A DNA stretch of 49,075 nt. It comes from Lama guanicoe. Taxonomy: Eukaryota. Shown piece by piece: positions 12,474 through 27,400 of the stretch. The notes below the pieces were generated by a model that saw only the letters and a program-made list of their open reading frames with translations, was not told the origin of the DNA and ran no database searches. Location of the stretch: assembly GCA_013239625.1 (NCBI GenBank), contig MU054001.1, forward strand, positions 7,460,174-7,509,248, read 5' to 3'. The translations under genes and the position numbers were made by a program. Positions within the stretch are counted from its first letter, which is position 1, and the number at the start of each line of letters is the position of its first letter.

Positions 12474-15400
12474 GAAACATACTGAGAAACCAGAGTAAGT
12501 GTTTCTATTGTAAACCATTCCCTTTATGCCTGATGAACGAAAGTCTCTCCACATGCTCAATTATGAGAGTTAATTCTTTGTGAAAGCCGTCAACCACCTA
12601 GCTTGTTGGGAACACACAGTTACATTTCAGTTGGAATTTTCACTAAATACATATACATGGAGAGATACAATCTCTAAATCGGTTTTCCAGTAAAAATTAC
12701 ATGAACTTCAATCCCACACTAGGAAACATACTGAGAAACTGGAGTATGTATTTCTAATGAAACCCATTCCCTTTATGCTAGTTGAACAAACGACTCTACA
12801 CATGTCCAATTCTGAGTGTTAAGTGTGTGTGAAAGTCATCAATCACCACGATTGATGGGAACACACAGTTTCTTTTAAGTGGGAATCTACACTTGATACA
12901 TATATCTGGGGAGGAACTAGCTCCAACTCGGTTTTACCGTGAAAACTACATGAATTTCAAACTGGCACTATGAAACATACTGCAAAACAGAGTAAGTGTT
13001 TCTACTGCAACCCATTCTTAATGCTAGAGGAACGAACATCTCTCCGCATGCTCAATTCTGAGATTTAAGTGTGTATGAAAGCCATTAGTCACCTAAATTG
13101 ATGGGAACACACAGTTTCTTTTCAGTCACAATCTTCACTAGATACATATATCTGGGAATGAACTAGCTCCAACTCGGTTTTACAGTGAACATTACATGAA
13201 TTTCAAACTGGCAGTAGAAAACATATTGAGAACCAGACTTAGTGTTTCTAATGCAACCCATTCCTTTATGCTAGATGAACTAAGATATCTCCACATGCTC
13301 AATCTGAGAGTTAAGTGTGAGAGAATGCTGTCCTACACCTAGCTTGTTGGGAACACACAGTTACTTTTCAGTTTGAAACTACACTACATATATATACATG
13401 GGAAGGTACTAGCTACAACTTGGTTGTACAGTGAAAACTGCATGGACGTCAAACCGGCACAAGGAAAAATACTGAAAAAACAAAGTAAGTGTTTCTAGTG
13501 CTATCTATTCTCTATGCTACATGAATGAACGTCTATCCACATGCTCAATTCAGAGAATTCATTTTGTTTTAAAGCCGTCAATCACGTATCTCGTTGGGAA
13601 CACACAGTTTCTTTAGTGGGAAATTACACCAAATACATATATATTGGGAGGTACTAGCTCCAACAATCTTTTACAGTGGAAACTGCATGAATATCAAACC
13701 GGCACAAGGAATCATAATGAAAAAGCAGAGTAAGTGTTTCTATTGCAACCCATTCCCTTTATGCTAGATGAATGAACGTCTCTCCACATGCTCAATTCTG
13801 TGAGTTAAGTGTGTGTGAAAGCACTCAATCACCTAGCTTGTATGGAACACAGTTTCTTTCAGTGGGAAACTAGTCTACATACATATATATTGGGAGGTAC
13901 TAACTCCAACACGGTTTTACAGTGAAAAATGCATGAACTTAAAACTGGCACTAGGAAACATGCTGAGAAATCAAATTAAGTGTTTTTATTACTACATATT
14001 CTCTTCATGCTAGATGAAAGAAAGCCTCTCTACCTGCTCATTACTGAGAGTTCAATGTATGCAATAGCCAACTACCAATTTGCTTATAGGGAACACACAG
14101 TTTATTTTGAGAGGGGAACTACACTACATACATTTCTATGGGGAGGTACTAGCTGCAACTCGGTATTACAGTGAAAACTGCATGAACTTTAAACAGGCAG
14201 TAGGAAACATACTGAGAAATCAAAGTATGTGTTTCCATTGCAAACCATTCCCTTCATGCTACATGAAGAAAAGTCTATATGCATGCTCAACTCTGAGAGA
14301 TAAGTGTGTGTTAAAGCCATCAATCATGTAGCTTTTTGAGAACACACAGATTCTTTTGAGTGGGAAAATACACTACATACATATATATGGGGAGATAGAA
14401 CTTGAACTCGGTTTTAAAGTGAAAACTGCATGAACTTCAAACTGGCAGTAGGAAACATACTGAAAAATCAGACTAAGTGTTTCTAGTGTTACCTATTCTC
14501 TATGCTACATGAATGAATGATTCTCCACGTGTTCAAATCTGAGAGATAAGTGTGTGTGAAAGCCATCAATCACCTAGCTTGATGGGAACACACAGTTTCT
14601 TTTCAGTTGGAATCTACAATATATACATACATCTGCAGAGGAATTAGCTCCAACACGATTATACAGTGAAAACTGCATGAACTTCAAACCAGCACTAGGA
14701 AACAGAATGAGGAACCAGAGTAATTATTTTCACTGCAACCCATTCCCTTTAAGCTACATGAATGAACACTTCTCTTTGTGCTCAACTCTGACTGTTAAGT
14801 GTGTGTGAAAGCTGTCGATCACCTAGCAAGGGAACACACAGTTTCTATTGAGTGGGAAACTACACTAGATAAATATATAAGGGGGGTACTAGCTGCAACT
14901 CGGTTTTACAGTGAAAACTGCATGAACATCAAACCGGCACTAGGGAATTTACTGAGAAATCAGAGTAAGTGTTTCTATTGCTACCAATTTTCTATACTCC
15001 ATGAACGAACATATCTCCACGTGCACAATACTGAGAGTTAAGTGTGTGTGAAAGCCATCAATCACCTAGCTTGTTGGGAACACACAATTCCTTGTGAGTT
15101 GGAAAGTATAATACATACATACATATAGAACGCACTAGCTCCAACTCAGTTTTACAGTGTAAACTGCATGAAGTATAAACCAGAACTAGGAAACATACTG
15201 TGAAACCAGAGTACGTGTTTCTACTGCAAGCCATCCCCTTTATGCTAGATTAAAGAACGTCTATCCACATGCTCAATTCTGAGAGTTAAATGTATCTGAA
15301 AGCCATCAATCACCTAGCTTCTTGAGAACACTCAGTAACTTTTCTGTCAGAATCTACACTAGATACATATATTTGGGGAAGAACTAGCTCCAACTTGGTT

Positions 15401-18400
15401 TTACAGTGAAATCTGCATGACTTTCAAACAGGCACTAGGAAACAGACTGAGAACCAGAGTAAGTGTTTCTCTTGCAACACATTCCCTTTGTACTAGATGC
15501 ACGAACGTCTCTCAACATGTTCAGTTGTGAGAGATAACTGCATATTAAAGCCACCTTCATATTGCAAGCTGGGAAAACAAAGCTTATTTTCATTTAGAAA
15601 CTACACTACATTAATATATTTGGGAAGTAGTAGCTCCAACTTAGTTTTACAGTGAAAACTGGATGAACTTCAAACCAGCACTAGGAAACAGACTGAGAAA
15701 CCAGAGTAAGTGTTTCCCCTGCAAACAGTTCCCTTTGGGCTAGGTGAAAGAACTTCTCTCCACATGATCAGTTATGAGAGATATGTGTGTTTGAAAGCCA
15801 TCCTTCACCTAGCTTGATGGGAAGCAAAGTTTCTTTTCAGTTGGAAACTACATTAGATACATATATATGGGGATGTACTAGCTCCAACTTTGTTTTACAG
15901 TGAAAACTGCATGAACATCTAACCAGCACTAGAAAACAGACTGAGACATCAGTGTAAGTGTTTCCCCTGCAACCCGTTTCCTTTGTACAAGATGAACGAA
16001 AGTCTCTCCACGTCTCAGTTCTGATATAAGTTTTTGTGAAAACCGTCCTTTACCTAGTTTGTAGGGAACACAAAATTTCTTTCAGTTGGAAGCTACAGTA
16101 CATACATATGCAAGGGGAAGAACTAGCTCCAACTTGGTTTTACAGTGACAACTGAATGAATTTTAAACCAGAACTAAGAAACAGACTGAGAAACCAGAAA
16201 AAGTTTTTCTCCTGCTAATCGTCCACTTTTTGCTAGAAGAACGAACATCTCTCCACATGCTAAGTTTTGAAAGATAAGTGTGTGTGAAAGCCGTCCTTCA
16301 CCTAGCTTGTTGGGAACACAACGTTTCTTTTCAGTTGGAAAATACAATACATACATATATTTGGGTGGTATTAGCTCAATCTAGGTTTAATAGTGAAAAT
16401 TGCCTCAACTTCTATCCAGTAATAGGAAACAGACTATGAAAACACTTTAAGTGTTTCTCTTGCAACCAGTTCCCTTTGTGCTAGATGAACGAATGTGTCT
16501 CCACATGCTCAGTTCTGAGAAGTAACACTGGGTTAAAGCCGTCTTTCACCTAGCTTGTTGGGAACACAAAGTTTTTTTTTCAGTTGGAAACTACACTACA
16601 TACATATATGTGGGGATTTACTAGCTCCATCTCGGTTTTACAGTGAAAACTGCATGAATTTCCAACCGGCAATAGGAAACAGAGTGAGAAACCAAAGCAA
16701 TTGTTTCTCCTGCAACCCGTTTCATTTTTCCTAGATGAACGAACGTCTATCCACATGCTCAGTTCTGAGACATAAGTGTGTTTGAAAGCCATCCTTCACA
16801 TAGCTTGTTGGGAACACAAAGTTTCTTTTCAATAGGAAACTACACTAAATACATATATATGGTGTGGTACTAGCTCCAACTCGGTTTTACAGTGAAAGCA
16901 GCACGAACATAAAACCAGCACAAGGAAACTGAGAATTCAGAGTACGTGTTTCTCTTGCAACCTGTTCCCTTTGCCCTAGATGAACAAAAATCTCTCCACA
17001 TGCTCAGTTCTTATGACAAGTTTGTGTCAAAACTGTCACTAATCTATCTTGTTGGGAATACATAGATTCTTTTCAGTTGGAGGCTACAATACATACATAT
17101 ATATGACAAGTACTAGCTTCATCACGGTTTTACAGTGAAAACTGCATGAACTTCAAACCGGCACTATTAAACAGACTGAGAAACCAGAGTAATTTTTCCA
17201 CCTGCAAACAGTTCCCTTTGTGCTAGATGAACGAACGTCTCTCCACATGCTCAGTTCTGACAGATAAGAGTGTGTGAAAGCCGTATTTTATCTAGATTGT
17301 TGGGAACACAAGTTTCTTTTCAGTTGGAAACTACAATTCATACATATATATGGGGAGGTACTGGCTCCAACACAATTTTCAGTTATAACTGCACCAACTT
17401 CAATCCGGCTGTAGGAAGCAGATTGAGAGACCAAAGTAACTGCTTCTCCTGCAGCCCATTCCCTGTGTGATAGATGAACGAAATTCTCTCCACATGCTCA
17501 ATAGTAACAGATAAGAGTGTGTGAAAGCTACTTTTCATTTGGATTCTGCACTACATACATATATATGAGTAGGTAAAAGCTCCAACTCGTTTTGAGAGTC
17601 AAATCTACGTTAATTTAAAACCAGCACTAGGAGACAAAATGAGAAACCACAGTAAGTGTTTCTCCTGCAAACTTTCCCTTTTTACTACATGAAGGAATGT
17701 CTCTCCACATGCTCAGTTCTGAGAGATAAGTGTGTGTGTGAAAGCCATCCTTCACCTAGCTTGTTGAGATCACAAAGTTTCTTTTCAGTTGGAAACTAAA
17801 CTACATATATATATTTGGGAAGGTAAAAGCTCCAACATTGTTTTACAGTGAAAACTGCATGAACTTCAAACCGGCACCAGGAAACACTGAGAAACCAGTC
17901 AAGTGTTTCTCCTGCAACCCTTTCCCTTTGGGCTAGATGAACAAACGTCTCTCCACATGCTCAGTCCTGAGAGATAAGTCTGTGTGAAAGCCGTACTTCA
18001 CCTAGCTTGATGGGAAAAGAAAGTTTCTTTTCAGTTGGAACTATGCTACATCTATGTATATGGGGAAGTACTAGCTCCAACTCCGTTTTACAGTGAAAAC
18101 TGCATGTACTTCAAACTGAATCTAGGAAAAAGACTGAGATACCAGTGTAAGTGTTTCCCCTGCATTCCAATACCTTTGTGCTAGATGAACGGACGTCGCA
18201 CCAAATCCTCAGTTCTAACACATAAGTGTGCATGAAAGCATTCCTTCAAGTAGCATGTTGAAAACACAAAGTTTCTTTTCAGCTGGAATCTTCTCTATGT
18301 ACATATATATGGGGAGGTAATAGTTCCAGCACAGTTTCACAGTGAAAACTGCATGAATATCAAACTGGCATGAGGAAGCAGTCTGAGAAATGAGAGCAAA

Positions 18401-21400
18401 TGATTCACCAGCAACACGTTACATTTGGGCTAGATGAATGAAAATCTCTCTACATGCTCAGTTCTGAGAGATATATATGTGTGTGAAAGACGTTCTTCAC
18501 CTAGCTAGTTGGGAACAGAATGTTTCTTTACAGTTGGAAACTACACTACATACATATATATAGGGAGGTTCTAGCTCCATCTCGGTTTTACAGTGAAAAC
18601 TGCAAGAACATCAAACTGGCAATTGGAAACAGACTGAGATACCAGAGTAAGTTTTTCTCCTGCAAGCCATTTCCTTTGTGCTAGATAAACAAACATCTCT
18701 CCATGTATTCATGTAGATTTGACTCTCCACATGCTCAGTTCTGAGATACAAATGTGTGTGTAAGGCATCCTTCGCCTAGCTTGTTGGGGACAGAAAGTTT
18801 CTTTTCAATTAGAAAATACACCACATACATATATATTGTGAGGTACTAACTTCAACTATTTTTTACAGTGAAAACTGAATGAACTTCAGACTGGCAATAA
18901 GAAACAGACTTAGAAATCAAAGTAAGTGATTTTCCTCCAAACTGTACCCTTTGTGCTAGATGCAAGAACGTCTCTCCACATGCTCAGTTCTGAGACACAA
19001 TTGAGTGTGAAAGCCGTCTTTCACCATGCTTCTTGGGAATGCAAATTTTTTTTCAGTTGGAATCTACACTACAGACATACATTTGAGGAGGTGCTAGCTC
19101 CAAATTTGATTTACCTGGAAATTTGTGTATATTTCAACATGTCACTAGAAATCAGACTTAGAAACCAGAATAAGGGTTTCTCTTGCAACCCGTTCCCTTT
19201 GTGCTACATGAACGAATGTCTATACACATGCCCAGTTCTCGAGATAATTGTGTGTTAAAGCCGTCATTTGCCTAGCTTTCGGGAACACATATTTTCTTTT
19301 GTGTTGGAAACTATACTACGTACAGATATATGGGGAGATACTGGCTCCAGTTTCCTTTTACTGTGAAAATTGCATGAACTTCAAACTGGCACTGGGAAAC
19401 AGACTGAGAAACCAGAGGAAATTTTTCTCCAGAAAACAGTTCACTTTTGCTAGATGAATGAACAAGTCTCCACATGCTCAGTTCTGACAGATAACTGTGT
19501 GTGAAAGCTGTCCTTCTCCTATCTTGTTTGGAAAACAAAGTTTCTTTTCAGTTGGAAACTGCACTACATTCATATATATGGGGAGGTACTATGTCCAACT
19601 CGGTTTTACAATGAAAAGTGCTTGAAATTCAAACCGGCACTAGGAAACAGACTGAGAAACCAGAGTAAATATTTCCCTTTGAACGCATCCCTTTTTGCTA
19701 GATGAATGAACGTCTCTCCACTTGCTCACTTATGAGAGATAAATGTGTGTGAAAGACGTCCTTACCTTGCTGTTAGGGAACACAAAGTTTCTTTTCAGTT
19801 TGAAACTATACTACATAGATATATATGCGTAGGTTGTAGTTCCAGGTCGGTTTTATAGTGAAAACTGCATGAACTTTAAACCGTCACTAGGAAACAGACT
19901 GAGAAACCAGTTTAAGTGTTTCTCCAGGAACCCGTTCCCATTTTGCTAGATGAACGAACGTCTCTCCACAAGCCCAGTTCTGAGAGATAATTGTGTGTGA
20001 AAGCTGTACTTCACATAGCTTGTTTGGAACAGAAAGTCAGTTTTCAGGTGGAAAGTACACTACATATATTTGTATGGGGAGGTACTAGCTCCAACTCTGT
20101 TTTACAGTGAAAACTGTATGAACTTCATACCATCACTAGGAAACACACTGAGAAACCAGAGTATGTGTTTCTCCTGCAACCCGTTTCCTTTGTGCTAGAT
20201 GAATGAACGTCTCTCCACATTCTCAGTTCTGAGAGATAAATATGTGTGTAAAATACGTCCTTCAAATAGCTTGTTATGAAAACAAAGTTTCTTTTCAGCT
20301 GAAAACTACACTACATACATATATATGGGGAGGTACTGGCTCCAAGTTGATTTTACACTGAAAATTGCATGACCTCCACCCGGCAGTAGGAAACAGACTT
20401 AGAAACCAGAGTAAGGGTTTCTCCTGCAACCCATTCCATTTGTGCTAGATGAAAAAACGTCTCTCCACATGCTCAGTTCTATAGATAATTGTGTGTGAAA
20501 GCCATCATTCAACTAGATTGTTGGGAACACGTGGTTTCTTTTCTGTTTAAAAATACACTACATACAGATATATGGGGAGATACTGGCTCCAGGTTCCTTT
20601 TTCTGTGAAAAGTGTATGAACTTCAACCCGGCACCAGGAAACAGAGTGAGAGACCAGAGTAATTGTTTCTCCTGCAACCCGTTGCCTTTGTGATAGATGA
20701 ATGAAAGTCTCTCCACATGCTCAGTTCTGAGAGATATGTGTGGGTGAATGCCGTCCTTCACCTCGCTTTTTGGGATTGAAAAGTATCATTTTAGTTGGAA
20801 ACTACACTACATACATATATTTTGTGAGGTACTAGATCCAACTCGGTTTTACACTGAAACTGCATGAACTTCAAACTAGCACTAGGAAACAGACGGAGAA
20901 ATCAGAGTATGTGTGTCTTCTGCAACATGTTCTCTTTCTGCTAGATGAACAGACGTCTCTCCACATGCTCTGTCCTGAGAAATAAGTGTGAGGTAAAGTC
21001 ATCGTTTTCCTAGCTTTTTGGGAACAGAAAGTTTCTTTTCAGTTGGAAACTACATGACATACATATATAAGGGGAAGTACTAGCGCCAAATCGGTTTTAC
21101 TGTGAAAACTGCACGAACTTTTAACAGGCAATATGAAACAGATGCAAAAACAAGACTAACTGTTTCTCCTTTAAGCCATTCCCTTTCTTCTAGATGAATG
21201 AACATCTCTCCACATCCTCAGTTGTGAGGATATGTGTGTGTGAATTCTGTCATTCACGTAACATGTTCTGATCACAAAGATTCTTTTCAGCTGGAAACTA
21301 CACTACATTCGTATATATGGGGAGGTACTAGCTCCAACTCGGTTTTACAGTGAAAACTGCAATAATTTCAAACTGGCACTAGGAAACTTCTGAGAAACCA

Positions 21401-24400
21401 GAGTAATTGTTACTCTAGCAAAATGTTCCCTTTGTGCTAGATGAACGAACATCTCTCCACATGCCCAGTAGTGACAGATCAGTGTGTGTGAAAGCCATCC
21501 TTCACCTAACTTGTTGTTAACACAGAGACCCTTTTCAGATGGAAACTACAGTACATACCTTTATATTGAGATGTACTAGCTCCAACATTGTTTTACAGTG
21601 AAAACCACATGAATTTCAAAGCAGCACTAGGAAACAGACTGAGAAACCAGTGTAAGTGTATCACTTACAACCAGTTCTTTTTGTGCTAGATGAACAAATG
21701 TCTCTCAACATGCTCAATCTTGAGAGTTAACTGTGTGTGAAAGCCATACTTCACCTAGCTTAATGGGAACACAAAATTTCTTTTAGTTGGAAACTACACT
21801 ACATACATATATATGGAGAAGTACTAGCTCCAACTTAGTTTTACACTGAAAATTGCATGAACTTCAAACCGGCACTAAGAAACAGTGTTTGAAACCAAAG
21901 TAATTGTTTCACTTGCATCCCGTTCCCTTTGTGCTAGATGAACGAGCGTCTCTCCACATGCTCAGTTCTGAGAGATATGTGTGTGTATAGTTTTCTTTCA
22001 CCTAGCTTTTTGGGATGCAAAGTCTTTTTTCAATTGGAAACTACACTACATACAAATATATGCGGAGGTACTAGCTCCACCTCTGTTTTACAGTGAAATC
22101 AATATGAACTTCAACCGGCAATAGGAAACAGACTGAGAAACCACAATAATTGTTTCACCTGCAACCTGTTCCCTTTGTGCTAGATGAACGAACATCTCTC
22201 CACATGCTCATTTATGACAGATAAGTGGTGTGAAAGTCATTCTTCACATAGCATGTTGTAAACACAAAGTTTCTTTTCATTAGGAAACAACACTACATAC
22301 ATATTTAAGAGGAGGTACAATGTCCGACTCATTTTGACAGTGAAAAATGATTGAACTTCACACCGGCACTAGGAAACTGAGACACTAGAGTAATTTTATC
22401 CCTTGCAAACTCTTCCCTTTGTGCCGGGTGAATGAACGTCTTTCCACATGCTCATTTCTGAAGATAAGTGTGTGTGAAATCCATTCTTCACATAGATTGT
22501 TTGGAACACAAAGCTTCTTTTCAGTTGGAAAGTACACTACATTCATATGTATAGGGAGGTACTTGCTCCAACTCGTTTCACCAGTGAAAACTGCATGAAC
22601 TTCAAACCGACACTGGGAGACATACTGAGAAACCAGTGTAAGTGTTTCTCTTGAAACCTGTTGCTTTTGTGCTAGATCAACAAGCGTCTCTCCACTTGAT
22701 CAGTTCTGAGAGGGAAGTGTGTGTGAATGCTGTCCACCACCTAGCTTGTTGGGAGCACTCATACTCTTTTCAGATGGAAACTACACAACATATTTACATA
22801 TCAGGAGGTATTATTTCCAACCGATTATACACTGAATATTGCATGAAATTGAAATCGGCACTAGGCAACAGACAGAGAAACAAAAGTAATTGTTTCTCCT
22901 GCAATCTATTCCCTACGTGCTAGATGAACGAACATCTCTCCACATGCTCAGTTATGACAAATAAGTTTGTGTGAAGGCCTTCTTTCACATAGCATGTTGT
23001 ATACAAAGCTTTTTCACTAGAAACTACACTACATAAATATATAAGAGTATGTACAAGATCTAACTTGGTTTGTCTGTGAAAGCTACATGAACGTCAATCT
23101 GGATTGAGGAAACAGTATGAGAAACCAGAGAAAGTGTTTCTGCTGCAAAACGTTCCCTTTGTGCTAGATGAATGAGCATCTCTCCAAATGCTAGATTCTG
23201 AAAGATAAGTGTGTGTGAAAGCCGTCCTTCACCTAGCTTGTTGGGAACACATGGTTTCTTTTCTGTTGGAAACTACACTACATAAATATATATATTGAAA
23301 TACTAGCTCCAACTCTGTTTTACAGTGAAAATTGCATGAACTTAGACAGGCACTAGGAAACAGAGTGAGATACCAGTGTAATTGTTTCTCCTGCAATCCG
23401 TTCCATTTGTGCTAGATGAACGAACGTCTCTCCACATGCTCAGTTCTGACAGATAAGTGTGTGTGAAAGCCACCCATCACCTAGCTTATTGGGAACACAA
23501 AGATTCTTTACAGTTGGGAACTGCACTAAATACTTATATATGGGGAGATATATGCTCTAACTTGATAATACACTGAACATTTAATGAAATTCTAACCGGC
23601 ACTAGGAAACTGACTAATATACATAAGTAATTGTTTCTCCTGCAACCCATTCTCTTTGAACTAGATGGATGAACATCTCTTCACATGCTCATTTATGACA
23701 GACAATTGTGTGTGAAAGCAATCCTTCACTTTGCATGTTGTATACACAAATATTCTATTCAGTTTGAATCTACACTACATACATATATATGAGTAGGTAT
23801 AAGCTGTAAGTCGATTTGAAGGTGAAAACTGCATGAACATAAAATCAGAACATGGAAACAGAATGAGATAACAGAGAAACTGTTTCTCCTGCAAACCGTT
23901 CCCTTTGTGCTAGATGAACGAGCATCTCAACACATGCTAAATTCTGAGTGGTAAGTGTGTGTGAAAGCCATCATTCAACTACCTTGTTGGGAACACAAAC
24001 TTCCTTTTCAATTGGAAACTACACTTCCTAAATACATATGGTAGGTTTTAGGTCCATCTCAGCTTACAGTGAAAACTGCATGAACATCAAACCTGCACTA
24101 GGAAACAGACTAAGAAGTCAGAGTAAGTGTTTCACCTGCCACCGGTGCCCTCAGTGCTAGATGAACAAAAGTTTCTACACTAGCTCAGTTTTGAGAGATA
24201 AGTGTGGGTGAAAGCTTTACTTCAACTAGCTTGTAAGGAACAGAAATTATCTTTTCAGTTGGAAACTACACTACATAACCAAATATGGGAGGTACTAGCC
24301 CTAACTTGGTTTTACAGTGAAAACTGCATGAATTTTAAATCAGCACTAGGAAACAGACTGAGAAACCAGAGTAATTGTTTCTCCTGCAACACATTCCCTT

Positions 24401-27400
24401 TTTGCTAGATAGATGAACGGTTCTCCAAATTCTCAGCTCTGAGAGATAAGTGTGTGTGAAAGCCGTCCTTCACCTAGCTTGTTTGGAACAGAAAATTTCT
24501 TTTTAGTTGTAAAACACACTACATCCATATATATGGGTAGGTACTAGCTCCAACTCGATTTTCCAGTGAAAACTTCATTTACTTCAAACCGGCACTAGGA
24601 AACAGACTGACAAACCAGTGTAAGTGTTTCTCCTGCAAGCCGTACACTTTGTGCTAGATGAACGAACGTCTCTCCACATCCTCAGTTTTGAGAGTTAAGT
24701 GTGTGTGAAAGCCGTCCTTCACCTAGCTTCTTGGGAAGACAGATTCTTTTCAGTTGGGAACAACACTGCATACTTATATATGGGGAGATATTAGCTCCAA
24801 CTCGGTTATACACTGAAAATTCCATAAAATTCATACCGGCACTAGGAAAATGATGGAAAACAAAATTAATTGTTTCTCCTGCAACCCATTCCCTTTGAGC
24901 TAGATGAACATCTCTATGCAAGCTCAGTTATGACAGAAACGTGTGTGTGAAAGCTTTCCTTCACCTAGCAAGTTGTATACACAAAGTTTCTTTTCAGTAG
25001 GAAATTACACTATGTACATATATATGAGTAGGTACAAGCTCTAACTCTGTTTGATCGTGAAAACTGCATGAACTTCAAACCGGCACTAGGAAACAGACTA
25101 ACAAACCAGAGTAAGTGTTCTCCTGAAATTCTTTCCCTTTGTGATAGATGAATGAACATCTATCCACATGCTCAATTCTGAGAAATAATTGTGTGAAAGC
25201 CGTTCTTCACCTAGCTTGTTGGGAACACAAAGTTTCTTTTCAGTTGGAAACTACACTAAATACATATATATGGGGAGGTACTAGCTCCAACTCAATTTTA
25301 CAGTGAAAACTGCATGAACTTCAAAACGGCACAAGGAAACAGTGCGAGAAACTAGAGTAATTGTTTCACCTGCAAACAGTTCCCTTTGTACTAGATGAAC
25401 TAGCATCTCTCCACATGCTCAGTTCTCACAGATAAGTGTGTTTGAAAACCACCCTTCAACTTGAATGTTGTAAACACAAATTTCTTCCAGTTGGAAACTA
25501 CACTACATACATATATATGGGGAGGTAAAGTCTCTAATACATTTTTAAGTGAAAAGTGCAGGAACTTTAAACCAGCAGTAGGAAACAGACTGAGAAACCA
25601 ATGTTAGTGTTTCTCCTGCAAGACGTACCCTGTTGTGTTGGATGAACAAAATTCTCACCACATACTCAATACTGAGAGATAAGTAGGTGTGAAAGCCGTC
25701 CTTCACCAAGCTTGTTGGGAAGACAAAATTTCTTTTCAATTGGAAACCACTCTAGAGACATATATATGCGGAAGTAGTAGCTCCACCTTGGTTTTACAGT
25801 GAAAATTGCATGAACATCAATCTGGCACTAGGAAACACACTGAGAATCCATTGTAAGTGTTTCTCCTGCAAATCATTCCCTTTTTGATAGATGAATGAAC
25901 GTCTCTCCACATGCTCAGTTCTGAAGGATAAGTGTGTGTGAAATCCGCCCTTCACCTAGCATGTTGGGAACACAAAGTTCTTTTCAGTTTTAAAACTACA
26001 CTATATAAATATGTATGGGGAGTTAATAGCTTTAACACTGTTTTACGGTGAAAACTGCAGGATCTTCAAACCTGTTCTAGGTAAATGGCTGATGAACGTG
26101 AGTGTTTCTTATGCAAGCTGTTCCCATTGTGCTAGATGAAAGAACATCTCTCCACATGCTCATTTATGAGAGATAATTTTGTGTGAAAACCGTCCTTCAA
26201 CTAGAGTTTTGGAAAACAAAGTTTCTTTTCAATTGGAATATAAACTACACAGATATTCATGGAAAGTACTGGATCCATCTCACTATTACAGTGAAAAATG
26301 TGTAAACTTCTAACCAGCACTAGGAAACAGACTGAGAAACCAGAGTAATTGTTTCCCCAACAACCCGTACCATTCGTGCTAGATGAATGAACATCTCTCC
26401 ACATGTACAGTTCTCACAGATACGTGTGTGTGAAAGCCATCCTTCACATAGAATGTTGTAAAAGCAAAGTTTCTTTTCATTTGGATACAACACTACTTAA
26501 ATATATAAGAGGAGGTACCAGCTCCCACTCAGTTTGACAGTGAAATATGTTTTAACTTCACACTGGAACTAGGAAACAGAATGAGAAAGCAGAGTAAATA
26601 TTTCCCTTGCAAACTGTTCCATTTTGTGCTGGATGAATGAACATCTCTCCAAAGATCAGTTCTGAAGGTAAGTGTATGTGAATGCCATTCTTCACATAAA
26701 TTTTTGGGAACACAAAATTCCTTTCAATTGGAAACTACACAACATACTTATGTATGGGGTGGTACAAGCTCCAAATCGTTTTGACAGTGAAAAATGCATG
26801 AACTTCAAACTGGCAGTGGGAAACAGAATGAGAAACCAGAGTAAGTGTTTCATCTGCAAACTGTTCCTTTTGTGCTAGATGAACGAACGTCTTTCCACAT
26901 GCTCAGTTCTGAGACATAAGTGTGTGTAAATGCTGTGTTCACATACCTTGTTGGGGACCCAAATTTTTTTTCAGTTGAAAACTGCACTAAATACATATAT
27001 ATGGGGAAGTAGTTGCTCAAACTCGATTTGACAGTGAAAACAGCATGAACTTCAATCCAGCACTAGGAAACAGGCTCAGAGGAAAAAGTAAGTGTTTCTA
27101 CTGCAACGTGATCCCTTTGTGCTAGATGAACAAAAGTCTCACCACATGCTCAGTTCTGACATATATGAATGTGTGAAAGACTTCCATCACCTTTCTTACT
27201 GGGAACACAAAGATATTTTTCAGTTGGGAACTACACTACATACTTATATATGGGGAGATATTAGCTCCAACTCTGTGATGCACTGAAAAATTCATGAAAT
27301 TCATACAAGCACTAGGAAACTGACAGAGAAACAAAAACATTTGTTTCTCCTGCAACCTATTCCCTTTGAGCTAGATGAACGAACATCTCTCCACATGCTC

